In this document: positions 1 to 10,000 of the stretch, one piece after another
Layout: every line of letters starts with the position of its first letter
How positions within the stretch are numbered: position 1 is the first letter of the stretch
From: a virus
Direction: 5' to 3' (one strand)
IMG/VR virus record: IMGVR_UViG_3300043395_003024
Coordinates: 81,205 to 145,204 of that record
Length of the DNA: 64,000 nt
Notes under the pieces: generated by a model
Told to the model about the DNA's origin: nothing
What the model saw: the letters and a program-made list of their open reading frames with translations, nothing else
Databases searched by the model: none
Program-made: the position numbers and the translations under genes

Positions 1-3000
1 GGTAAAAAGGCTGGGAAAATCAAGGGTACAAAGCCTGGCGTTCCAGAAATCGACAGAATTGCTGAAGATGTATCGCTAAAGCTTGCATTTGGTCTGGCTA
101 ATGAGCCCACAAATGAGCAGCGCGACATTATGGCTGTTGCTCTATCGCTTATCCACGGCAATAATCCTGCAATTTTAAGTGTTCTTGCTGGTGCTGGAAC
201 TGGAAAAACGACAACGCTTAAAAGCATCGCGTGGGCTCTTCAGAGAGAATTCGACCTATGGCCGGAAGGTGACCCAAGAAGGGCGGAACAGCTTGCTTAC
301 CTATCGGATAGATATGGAATTGATTTCAGCAAGATAAAACCAGAGAAGATTGCTGATGCAGTAACTGAGTTAGCAAAGAATAATAAAACCGGAAATCTTT
401 ACTATACGGTTTTCAACACAAAAAACCAACTAGAAGCCGAAACAGAATTCCCACGAAATACGGGTATTGCTACTACGGACAAGCTCTGGCAGTGGTCGCT
501 CCGTCTTGGTCAGGGTGACAAAAAGTATGGACCGGGCATGCGCAGAAAAATGGGCATGCTAAACAAGAGCCGAGAGAGCAAAAAGTCCATGCGTAGAAAT
601 CCGGCATGGAAGAGCGAAGAAGAGACGCCAGGCGTCGAAAAAATGATTGGAAAAAATTTCGTCAGAGAAAAATTTGACGGAACAACCGAAACGTTTGTTG
701 GTGAGGACCCTGGTTTTGAGGCTCTTGGCTGGACAATGCTTCAAAAAGGTGACGACTTTGCTGAGCATCTTGGCCTAGAGAAATGGCCAGATGTTGTAAA
801 AAGAAAGAAAATGAAGCCAGACGTGGATGCTTCCGGCAGGCCTATTCGTGATGAAAAAGGAAAAGTAAAGAAGTCAGAAGTAGAAGTAGAGGGTTTTGAA
901 CTTCCAAACGGAACGTTCCTTGAACTTTCCGAAATGGGCGACCTTCTATCTAACGCCCTTAAGCGCTGGGGTCTGTCCAAAGAAGAAAAAGTTACAGCAC
1001 AACACTTCATGCCTCCAAAACAGAGACTTGAAGACATGGATACGCCGCGTGGAAAGGACAATCAACCCACAGGCGTTGACAGCATTCTCACCGAAGAGCA
1101 AATTCCTAAAAAATGGATTGAGGCGGTCCAGTCAATCGTGGACGAGATTGCAGATGGCGACTCTAACCTGCTACCAACAATGGAACTTGTGTCTAAATTC
1201 TGGATGATGACAGACCCTGACCTGAGAACAGACCCAGGTTTAATTACGCACTCTTCAGCTCAAACAAGAGTAAAAGTATCCGTTCCATCATCGCTACGCG
1301 AAGGCGATACATACGTTTATGACGGCGAAGAGTGGGTTGTTACAGGATTAACCAAAAAGGCTGGGAAAACATCAAGTGCTACCTTACGTAAAAAGATGGC
1401 ATCAAAGGAAAATCCCCTCGGTGCATTCTTGCTAGACGAGGTGCAAGACTCAAACGAGGTTCTCGAAACAGTTCTAGATAGGAATAGGGATAAGCTCCCT
1501 ATTATTCTTGTCGGAGACGATAGACAGGCTGTCTATGCATTCCGCGATGCAAAGAATATTCTGGCGTCACTTGATTCAGAGTACTCACAGGACATTACAG
1601 AGTCGTTTAGATATGGCGAAACTGTAGGTCATGCCGCAAACCTGGTTCTTGGAGCACAAAATGTTCATCTGCGTAGACAGGGTGTTAAGCAACAGCCGTG
1701 GAAGCACGTTAAGGGCCAGGCGCAAACTGTTATCAATAGGCAGTTTGACCCACTATTGCCAGAAAAAGATAGGCTCGGCAATAATCCGGTCGATGAAATA
1801 GATGATGCAACACGCCAGATATTGATAGCCGATATAGAGAAAAAATATTCTACTCCAGAGAAGAAGCTTGACCTGCTGTCACTAGATAGACCAGCACAGG
1901 ACAAGGCCTTAAAGGAGCTTAGGGATACGCTTTATGGACCAAAAGCTGGTCAAATAGTAGATAGATATGCAGAGGCCGATAAGGGCAATCTGCCAACGAT
2001 GATTCTCTGTAGAACAAACGGTGAAATAATCAACGAAGCTCTAAAGTTTATAAATATAGTCATAAATAGTAAGGCTGTTGAGCGTGATGAACGAGGCATG
2101 CCAAAACTACCTGAAGTAATTATTCCAGCTAGCAAGTGGGAGCAGCTTCTTACATTTACTAAGCACCTTGACTTCATAATGCGTTCACCTGCAAAGCAGC
2201 AAGAATACATAGCAAGATTTGGTAAGCCAGAGATGTCATCATGGCTCGGACCGATTTGGACACAGGGCACCTTGCAGAAAGCTCTCAATCAGTCAAAGTA
2301 TCAACAGGCGCGCAGCGCATACAAACTGATAATGCAGCCGCCAAAGAGCGACCCAACTGCTCCGCCACTTGGCACTCGCGGCATGCTTGAACTTTTGCAG
2401 GGAACGATAGTTAGAAGCGTTCATGAAAAGGGCAAAGCTAAAGGCAAAGAAAAAATTGAGATAATCCCAGCTGTTTTGTTACCAGAGCGCAAAACGATGG
2501 AGCTTGATAACTGGGCGGTTGGCATCGACCAGGTAAGAGAAATAGCCGGTAGGCAAAAGTCAGCATGGAAGTCTTCGCCAACCCAGAGAGAAAAACTATT
2601 TATTATCCCGAATGTCGATGACACCTACAAGCAGGCTGTATATGCCGCACTTGACATAGAAGGTGGGGACGATAAGAGACCAGGAAAGCCAACTGGAAGA
2701 ATAATAATAACTGGAGACGGAGTCGATACAGGTCGCCCAATCGATATGCCAGATGGGTCGCAGAGGCCCAATACTCCGACTGGTGGTCGCGGTTCGAACA
2801 ACGGTAGATACCGTAGAGACCTCGAGAAAGCAATAATTAAACTTGGCCTGCAGGACAAAGTAAAGCCAATGGCTGAAGCCGAACGCGGTTTTAGAAAAGA
2901 AGGCGAAGCTCAGCGCAGGCTTTATGACGGTTTCGTCATTGAAGGCGCAACGATAGAGGAAAGCACTGAGATTCTAGGACAATTAGCACAAGCGCTTCGA

Positions 3001-5262
3001 GATTCCGCAAAGACCGCAGGTGGAGATGTTGAAATTACAACAATGCAGCTTTCGAAGGGTCGCGAATCTAGATTCGTTGCAGTTGCGGAGGACCTCAGCG
3101 ACCCAATTTCAAATATCCCGGAAAAACTGGCGCAGGGTGAAGCTGGCGTCAGCTATATGGAAGAAGGCAACCTAGTTCACGTTGCATTCTCGCGTGCAAA
3201 AGAACAGCTCGACCCGGGCACTGCCGGATTTGTTTACTGGCTACATGACCAGCGCACAAAAGCGGTGCGAGAAGCCATAACGCAGGCTGTAAAAGATGGA
3301 CATATTCCGCCAGAGCTCGATAAGGGCGCATTTAGCGACGATGGCGGCATTGAGTTGCCGGAATGGTACAAAAAGCTCAACTCTATGTCTCTAGAGGAGC
3401 TAAAGGATGGATTCCCGGCTCGTCCAACAGACAAAAAAGAAGACGAAGACATAACTGTCCCATCACCTGTTGATGGTGGAGAACCCGATGATTTTGAACC
3501 AATCGTTACGGAAATTGACGAAGATGATTACGAAATGGGGGATACTGACGTCCCGAGTGACGAAGGTGAAAAACTACCAACATTCGATGATGATGAAGAA
3601 ATTATGGACGATGGCGAACTTCCGGAAGTCCCAGGCATGCGCCTATCCAGTGGCGCGACTCCTGGTGCGGATAGGCGCATAGCTCGCAGAAATAGGCGCA
3701 TAGCAAAGAGCAATTTGTACTCAAATAGCATGAGTGCACAGCAGCTTGCTGGAATAAGAATTAGCGGCGACCCAAATTCAAGCAAAAATAGACAAGCATT
3801 AGAGTTCGCAATGCAAGCATGGGACGGTGTACGTCGTCGTGGCATAGCTATTGACGTTGACGACGATACGCTTTCGGTAGCAGAGCGTCAGTCTAGGACG
3901 CGCGGTGCCATGCAGAGTGTCGGTGCGGCCATGAGGGGGCGCAAGGATAGGGTCCGCATTGGTAAGGTTAGTGATAATGGAAGAAATGAAAATCCATCGG
4001 CGGAAACATGGATGCTTTCTGTTGACAAGCTTGCTGACACAATAAGGATTCCAACAGAATTTACGTCAAGAGAAAACTCCGAGGGTGGCTCGACAATCCG
4101 CTGGACCCAGTCGCGCCCTGCAACGAGGGAAGAAATTGGTAAATTGCTTGGCCTTAGCCCTGCCGACGCAGAAAAGCTAAAGGACCCAGATGCAGGCATA
4201 AACCATGACGCAGTACGTCTTCTCATTGCGGAACTAGGCAAACAGGAAGACCTTCCAGCATGGAGATACTTTGCTCCTGTTAGCGCCGATGAGGCAAGGC
4301 GCATAACCCCTTCACCCGAAGGCGATATTGCGGAAAATATCCCTCAGGTAGATTTGGCTGCAGAAAATGCTGGCCGTGCAAACATGCGAGATAGGTTTAT
4401 TATCGAAACCTTCGGCAAAGACGCATATCCGCACTGGTTTGACGTCGAGGAAAACCAGTCGATGACGCCAGATGAGTACGTCCAGCTTGGAGAGATAAGT
4501 GAAACGTCTAAATTCCGTGCCTCTGGTCGCTTCTACCCAGATAGCGCAATCAAGGGCGACTCGGAAGCAGAAGTTGACCTTTACGGCGAATCACTTGACG
4601 CGCTTGTACCAGCAGAGGGTGCAGTAGATGCAACAGGCGATGTGCTGAGAAACGACAAGACTTCAATAGAAGATTTCGACCTTGACTCTCTGATTGATTA
4701 TCTAGGAATAGACAAAAAAGAGTGGAAGAAGGGCCTGCAGGAAAGACTTTCTGCAGCTTTTGGCACTGATTCGGTCGGAATCAACGATGAATGGAGAAGA
4801 AAAGGCATCCCAACAGCGACGGTTGCCCACATGATTAGAACGGGCGTTCTGCCAGATGCAGGGTCGGTATGGAAAGAGGCAGATGCCGGGCAAAAATTCG
4901 ACGACGAGATGAAGAGGCCAAAGTATGCGGTCTACGAGGCTTTGACTGAATTTATTGACAAGAGCTTCCCTAATTCCAGACTCAATAACAGAGAAAACAG
5001 AAACAAGATAATTGGCGCCACGGACATGGGGTACACCCTGACCAACGCGGCCAAGAATCGCGGTTCTGTCTGGAGCCCTGGGAAAGGGAACGAGCCACGG
5101 TTCTCTCGCGGAGAAATGCAATCAATGGTTGACAGGTTCAATGAAATATTTGGAACTAACCACACACTTGATGACATCTTCAGCGACGAGCAACTGAGAA
5201 CGGCCAAGGAAAGAGTCGAGTCCGGGAATACCCTTTCGGGCAAGAAAAAGCCAAAGGCTTAA
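1..5262 (+). CDS. Giant protein, 5'-truncated, with a UvrD/Rep-like SF1 helicase, an acidic linker, an LSSG motif and an unknown C-terminal domain
   Basis: Frame is open from base 1 (PTNEQRDIM, Q motif, precedes the track's Met130). Motifs: AGAGTGKTTT (Walker A), FNTKN, LLDEVQD (Walker B), VGDDRQAVYAFR, ITESFRYG, ILCRTN, TMQLSKGRES, HVAFSRAK. Confidence 0.85.
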   Translation, partial: GKKAGKIKGTKPGVPEIDRIAEDVSLKLAFGLANEPTNEQRDIMAVALSLIHGNNPAILSVLAGAGTGKTTTLKSIAWALQREFDLWPEGDPRRAEQLAYLSDRYGIDFSKIKPEKIADAVTELAKNNKTGNLYYTVFNTKNQLEAETEFPRNTGIATTDKLWQWSLRLGQGDKKYGPGMRRKMGMLNKSRESKKSMRRNPAWKSEEETPGVEKMIGKNFVREKFDGTTETFVGEDPGFEALGWTMLQKGDDFAEHLGLEKWPDVVKRKKMKPDVDASGRPIRDEKGKVKKSEVEVEGFELPNGTFLELSEMGDLLSNALKRWGLSKEEKVTAQHFMPPKQRLEDMDTPRGKDNQPTGVDSILTEEQIPKKWIEAVQSIVDEIADGDSNLLPTMELVSKFWMMTDPDLRTDPGLITHSSAQTRVKVSVPSSLREGDTYVYDGEEWVVTGLTKKAGKTSSATLRKKMASKENPLGAFLLDEVQDSNEVLETVLDRNRDKLPIILVGDDRQAVYAFRDAKNILASLDSEYSQDITESFRYGETVGHAANLVLGAQNVHLRRQGVKQQPWKHVKGQAQTVINRQFDPLLPEKDRLGNNPVDEIDDATRQILIADIEKKYSTPEKKLDLLSLDRPAQDKALKELRDTLYGPKAGQIVDRYAEADKGNLPTMILCRTNGEIINEALKFINIVINSKAVERDERGMPKLPEVIIPASKWEQLLTFTKHLDFIMRSPAKQQEYIARFGKPEMSSWLGPIWTQGTLQKALNQSKYQQARSAYKLIMQPPKSDPTAPPLGTRGMLELLQGTIVRSVHEKGKAKGKEKIEIIPAVLLPERKTMELDNWAVGIDQVREIAGRQKSAWKSSPTQREKLFIIPNVDDTYKQAVYAALDIEGGDDKRPGKPTGRIIITGDGVDTGRPIDMPDGSQRPNTPTGGRGSNNGRYRRDLEKAIIKLGLQDKVKPMAEAERGFRKEGEAQRRLYDGFVIEGATIEESTEILGQLAQALRDSAKTAGGDVEITTMQLSKGRESRFVAVAEDLSDPISNIPEKLAQGEAGVSYMEEGNLVHVAFSRAKEQLDPGTAGFVYWLHDQRTKAVREAITQAVKDGHIPPELDKGAFSDDGGIELPEWYKKLNSMSLEELKDGFPARPTDKKEDEDITVPSPVDGGEPDDFEPIVTEIDEDDYEMGDTDVPSDEGEKLPTFDDDEEIMDDGELPEVPGMRLSSGATPGADRRIARRNRRIAKSNLYSNSMSAQQLAGIRISGDPNSSKNRQALEFAMQAWDGVRRRGIAIDVDDDTLSVAERQSRTRGAMQSVGAAMRGRKDRVRIGKVSDNGRNENPSAETWMLSVDKLADTIRIPTEFTSRENSEGGSTIRWTQSRPATREEIGKLLGLSPADAEKLKDPDAGINHDAVRLLIAELGKQEDLPAWRYFAPVSADEARRITPSPEGDIAENIPQVDLAAENAGRANMRDRFIIETFGKDAYPHWFDVEENQSMTPDEYVQLGEISETSKFRASGRFYPDSAIKGDSEAEVDLYGESLDALVPAEGAVDATGDVLRNDKTSIEDFDLDSLIDYLGIDKKEWKKGLQERLSAAFGTDSVGINDEWRRKGIPTATVAHMIRTGVLPDAGSVWKEADAGQKFDDEMKRPKYAVYEALTEFIDKSFPNSRLNNRENRNKIIGATDMGYTLTNAAKNRGSVWSPGKGNEPRFSRGEMQSMVDRFNEIFGTNHTLDDIFSDEQLRTAKERVESGNTLSGKKKPKA

Positions 5263-5300
5263 ACTTAATAAAACGGGCAGAAGTAATAGATGTTGCTAAT

Positions 5301-5330
5301 TCACGCTCCTATAGCGTGATAGGTTATAAT
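5301..5330 (+). promoter_or_regulatory. Palindrome TCACGCT-N5-AGCGTGA followed by a TATAAT -10 box
   Basis: Seen directly in the AT-rich gap upstream of 5391 (RBS GGGAG). Confidence 0.5.
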
Positions 5331-5390
5331 TTAAAGACAATTAATGGTTAATGGTCCATCCGGTCATTTCCCTGCACTCACGGGAGTTGT

Positions 5391-6992
5391 ATGAAGTACG
5401 ACGAGAAAGCTACTGTAAGCATTGACGGCGACGGCAATGTCTTGAAGTGCGCAAAGGGCGCAGCCGCAGCGGATTGTGGTTTCGTCAAAGGTGCAGAGCT
5501 ATGCGCTAAGTGCGGTGCAATGCCTGTAGAGATGAAAATGGTTCCAGCGTCTGATGAGCAGGTAGTGGAAGAGGAAGTTGATGCAGAGGATGCGATGAAT
5601 CCAACTGCGGCGACTAAGACAAAGAAGAAAATGGATGGGAAAAAGCCCGGCCACGCAATGCTCGACATGGCGGACGAGGACGAAGAGCCGGAGATGACAG
5701 AGGAAGAGCTTGCAGCTGTAATGCCGTCAAAGAAGGGCGAAGCCGTCACCATGGGCGAAGACGAAGCCGAAGAGATGATGGATGAAGATGAAATAGACGA
5801 AGAGGACATCCCGGAAGACGAAGAGGACATGGAGTCCGACGAAGAGAAAATGATGGACTCCAACAGTGGAAATAGCGCTCGCATGCAGCGTATGGGTCGT
5901 CGCAGGAAGGGCGCAATGGCCGCCATGGAGGATGAAGAGGAAACTGAGGACGAAGAGGAAGCCGCTACTGAAGCAGAGATGGGCGGAGTCGAAGAGGAAG
6001 ACGAAGAGGAAGAAGACGAGGAGTACGCAGAAATGGGTACAAAGTCTTTTTCACCACAAGACTCCGAATGGGAGCAAATTCGCCGCTCAAGAATCAAGTC
6101 AATGGGTCTCAAAACGTCTGACGTTGGCGCAGCTGGATATGTTTGTGCCATTGAGCGCAAGGCCTACGGCGGTTCTTCGCCTGTTTGCGACGACTGCCCA
6201 GGCGGCTGTGTCGCAGAGAAGGGCATGCCAGGAATTCTTCATGTTGAGGGTCTTGCAGAAAAGATGTTTGATGGCGTTGTTGTAGATTCCGGCTATTCAT
6301 CGGATGCAGACATGTTCGTTGTCGATGTTCAGGTCAAAGACGGCTCAATCAATGAGGTTTTCGTCGATGGCACCTCAGCTGAAATACTTGGATTCCATAA
6401 GCTAGATTCATCCAGTTTCGAACAAAAATCTGATTTCGGTGATTTCCAGCTAATTGATTTCACGGAGGCTGCTGAAATTGCAGTTAAGTCAATTGACGGC
6501 ACGGTAGTGGCTGTTGAGCCAGATGTCTTCGAGGGATTTGATGCGTATGCCGTAGAAATCGAAGGTTTTGACGGCAAGTCGTACGACGTCTTTGTTGCAC
6601 TTGATGGCGAGCTGCTTGGTTACGACAAGTACGAAGCAGATGAGGTTGAGGAAATTGAGGCTGAAGCTGCCGAAATCGCTCTTAAGCGCGCGTTCTCGCA
6701 GGAGCGCAGATTTGACTTAGCCAAGAGCGGCGAGGCAATGCCAGACGGCTCATATCCAATCGTGTCGGAGACCGACCTCCGCAATGCCATTCAGGCTTAT
6801 GGTCGTGCCAAGGATAAAGAAGCCACAAAGAAGCACATCATGAAGCGTGCTCGGGCGTTGAAGCTGGAGAGCCTGATTCCTGGGAACTGGATTGCTGGTG
6901 GAGAAGAGAAGGCCGGCGACGTTAGCGATGCCGAATTCATGGCCTCACTTGTCGAGTTCCAGCTTCTCGAAGACACACTAGACGACAACTGA
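5391..6992 (+). CDS. Acidic head-cluster protein with Cys motifs, two PepSY-like repeats and a C-terminal AMPDGSYPI domain
   Basis: D/E-rich tract; IDFTEAAEIAVKSIDGTVVAVE..YAVEI..YDVFVALDGELLG is PepSY-like; GC3-rich codons as in the capsid gene. Confidence 0.65.
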   Translation: MKYDEKATVSIDGDGNVLKCAKGAAAADCGFVKGAELCAKCGAMPVEMKMVPASDEQVVEEEVDAEDAMNPTAATKTKKKMDGKKPGHAMLDMADEDEEPEMTEEELAAVMPSKKGEAVTMGEDEAEEMMDEDEIDEEDIPEDEEDMESDEEKMMDSNSGNSARMQRMGRRRKGAMAAMEDEEETEDEEEAATEAEMGGVEEEDEEEEDEEYAEMGTKSFSPQDSEWEQIRRSRIKSMGLKTSDVGAAGYVCAIERKAYGGSSPVCDDCPGGCVAEKGMPGILHVEGLAEKMFDGVVVDSGYSSDADMFVVDVQVKDGSINEVFVDGTSAEILGFHKLDSSSFEQKSDFGDFQLIDFTEAAEIAVKSIDGTVVAVEPDVFEGFDAYAVEIEGFDGKSYDVFVALDGELLGYDKYEADEVEEIEAEAAEIALKRAFSQERRFDLAKSGEAMPDGSYPIVSETDLRNAIQAYGRAKDKEATKKHIMKRARALKLESLIPGNWIAGGEEKAGDVSDAEFMASLVEFQLLEDTLDDN

Positions 6993-7006
6993 GAAGGGGA
7001 CGCCAA

Positions 7007-10000
7007 ATGGCGAAGACCCCACAAACGCGGGAAAGAGTAATAGTTTCGGCACGACTAATTGTGCCAACCTCATGCTGCGGTGGCTTTAATGAAAAGGCAG
7101 TCCGATTCAGGACGTCTATCAATTCTTCGGTTTCTAGCGGTCGGCTACAAGCGGAGATGGCTACAAAAGCGATAACTAGTGGATTTGGAATACGTGTTAA
7201 GGCGTACGTTGACACGGACAATAAGAAACGCGAGTTCACTGGCGATTCTCGTCCGGGTGTTGAATCTAACGAATACGGCTACAGGTGGGAAAAGTCGGCT
7301 ACATGGGAACCCGGCTCGAGGCTCGTAATAAGTCCATCATTCAAATCAAGAGAAGGAATGGGCACAGAGCCAAACGTTGGCTGGATTAAGCCAGACAAGA
7401 ATGCTCCGAAGAATTTTGCAGAAACGCTTGAGCGAATCCGCTCAAAGCCGACAATAAAACTGAGCAAGTACAAAGTAAATCCCAAAACCGACGAGGTAAT
7501 CCCCGATTCCGAACAGGTAATTGACCCATTTGGCATCACTGCAGGCCTAAGCTACGAAGAAAAACAAAAAGCTATTCAAAAATATAAGGGAAACCTTATA
7601 GAGAAGAAAATGCTTCCTGGTCGCAGTCTTGAATCTCGTGTACCAGGCGGCTCGCTACTGTCGCGTGCCGCTGCGGTATTTGGCATTCTTCGTGACGAGA
7701 ACAACAAGTTCAGGTGCCCGCCGGGAACTCCAGCCGCAAACCAGTTTACGGATGCGACAGGTTCCAACTGTTTTGGTTTCAGCCCATCCAGGTTTGCTCG
7801 TTTTGCGGCAAGACAGGCTGCAAAACTTACAGCAGAAGGCGAATATCAGGGTCTTCGTAATAACGCGAGGTCATTCTTCAACTTCCTGTATAACGACCAA
7901 TACAGCGCAGAAGCGCGTGGCGTAGCAGACCCAGCACTTCTTGGGAGAAGCGTTTACTGGGACTCAATCAGCGGGGACAGATTCAAACCGCCATCATGGC
8001 GCGAGATTGAAGTGCCAGGAAATCTGCGGATGTTCAAGAATGGTGCTGTTCGCGGGCAGGACGATATTGCGCGACAAAAAGCATCAGTGGCCAGAATTGT
8101 TGAGTCTCTCGGGATAGACCCAGCAGACCCAGACGCATCACTTAAGGCCGCTCAGGCTTTAAGAAAAATGTGGGAGGACACTGGCGGCGCTGCCGGATGG
8201 GACCTTGAGATACTTAATGTTTCAGGTGATGGCGCGGCTTTACTTGATGATTTTGAAATAAAACAGTTCATGGAAGCTCGCCTTCAGTCTGTTCCCGGAT
8301 GGGGAGCGTTGTCTAAAGAAGAACGGGACAGACTGCTCCTTTCAGATATTGGCAGATACAAAGAAACACAAAAAGCAATGTTCGACACGTTGCTTGACCT
8401 ATTTTCAAAAGACCCAGCTGGCATGCGCAGCATAGGCCGTATCGAATACAACTTTTTTTCAGATGACGAAGCCGGAACATCACTATACAGAGATGCACCA
8501 AAACTAGTTCAAGCACTGAACCCGGATGGGACCCCACGACTAGACAGAGATGGCAATCCAGTTATGCGTAAAGTGCCTGGGGAAATGCGCACTGCAATTC
8601 ACATCAATATGGCTGAAATTCTTTCCAATCAGGAATCGATGCTCCCAGACATGCGTCCAGACCAGCGCCTGGCAATATCTGCCGTTGGCGCAAGAAGTGA
8701 AGCGGAGGGGCGTCTTGCTGTCGCTGACTTCCTGATTAATGCCGACTATGCATCTAGGGGAATGGCCGGCTTGCTGGATGGCGTCTATTCATTCTCTAGC
8801 CACATCATGCTCCACGAATCAGCACACCATAAACAAGCGCAACTATTTCAAGAGAAAATAATGTCTGAAATAGCAGACAAGGGATTCATTACTGTCCCCG
8901 TCATTAGGGACGGAGTCAAAATAGGCGAACGCAACGTCGATTCAATTTATAAATTGAGCGGAGATGACCTCATGGCAATCATGACGGATACCGCCGACTC
9001 AATAAATCTTGATTCACTTAATGATGCTATGGAGAGAATCAAGGCAATCGCCCCACTCGCCGGCTCGTATCCACGAGATACATACATAGAGGGTTCAGAG
9101 GTATGGGCGCTTGAGGCCTCAGCCGAGTTATGGGCATTGCGCGAGCGCGGAATCATCTATGGCGAAGATATTGATGCAGCACTTGAGTGGATGGACAGCG
9201 CAAGCTTTGCAGCCGCAGCCCGCGAAAGAGCCTCTGCCGACGATGATTCAGCAATGGATTCCATGGACGACGTGTTCCGTATCCCTACGCCAACCACGGT
9301 TCCAGACGATATGCCGGATGATGTCATTGAGGAGACGCTCGCTGATAGAGACGAGAGACTCGCTTCTGAGTTGCGCGAGGAAATAAAGCGATTTAAGACG
9401 GTATTTGGCGAGCTTCCAGAAGAAGAAATGTTCGATGAAGCTGCAATTATTGCTTCACAAAGAGATAATGCAAAACGCAGGCTAGATGCAGTAAGAGATT
9501 TTGAAATCGACCCGACCCTTCCTGACGACGAGAGAATTTCACTTGAATCCATGAAGGCAGAGGCAATAAAAGATTGCCAACGGGCCCTGGATTATCACAC
9601 TAAAAAATACGACGAAGCATCAAAGATATGGAGAAAAAAATATGGCGTAGGTGCCAGCGGAGAAAAGAAGCGTTTCGAAGACAGTGTCCGAGAGGTTAGG
9701 GAGCGAGAGGGTCTTCTAGATGTCGGGGAGATGGAAGAAATAGCAAGACTTGCGGACCTTGACGACCTGCGCGAGAGCGTAAAGGGAATGCCTGAGAAAA
9801 AGGTTATACGGAAGCTCGCCGACGATGAGGTTCGTCTTTCAACGATGGACCCAGCATCTCCAGAGGCAAGAGACCTCGCAGAGCGTATTGACGTCATAAA
9901 AGACCAACATGCGAAAAATCTAAAAGAGGCTGGCGATACCAGAAGCATCACAGCTGTTAAGAGAGATATCGACAAGAAGGTAAAGGACACAATCAGCCCT

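Noticed and set aside
5378-6160. 260-aa Ser-rich minus-strand ORF and similar antisense ORFs under the giant genes
   Set aside because: Mirror of the GAA/GAC-rich acidic coding on the plus strand; no independent signals.
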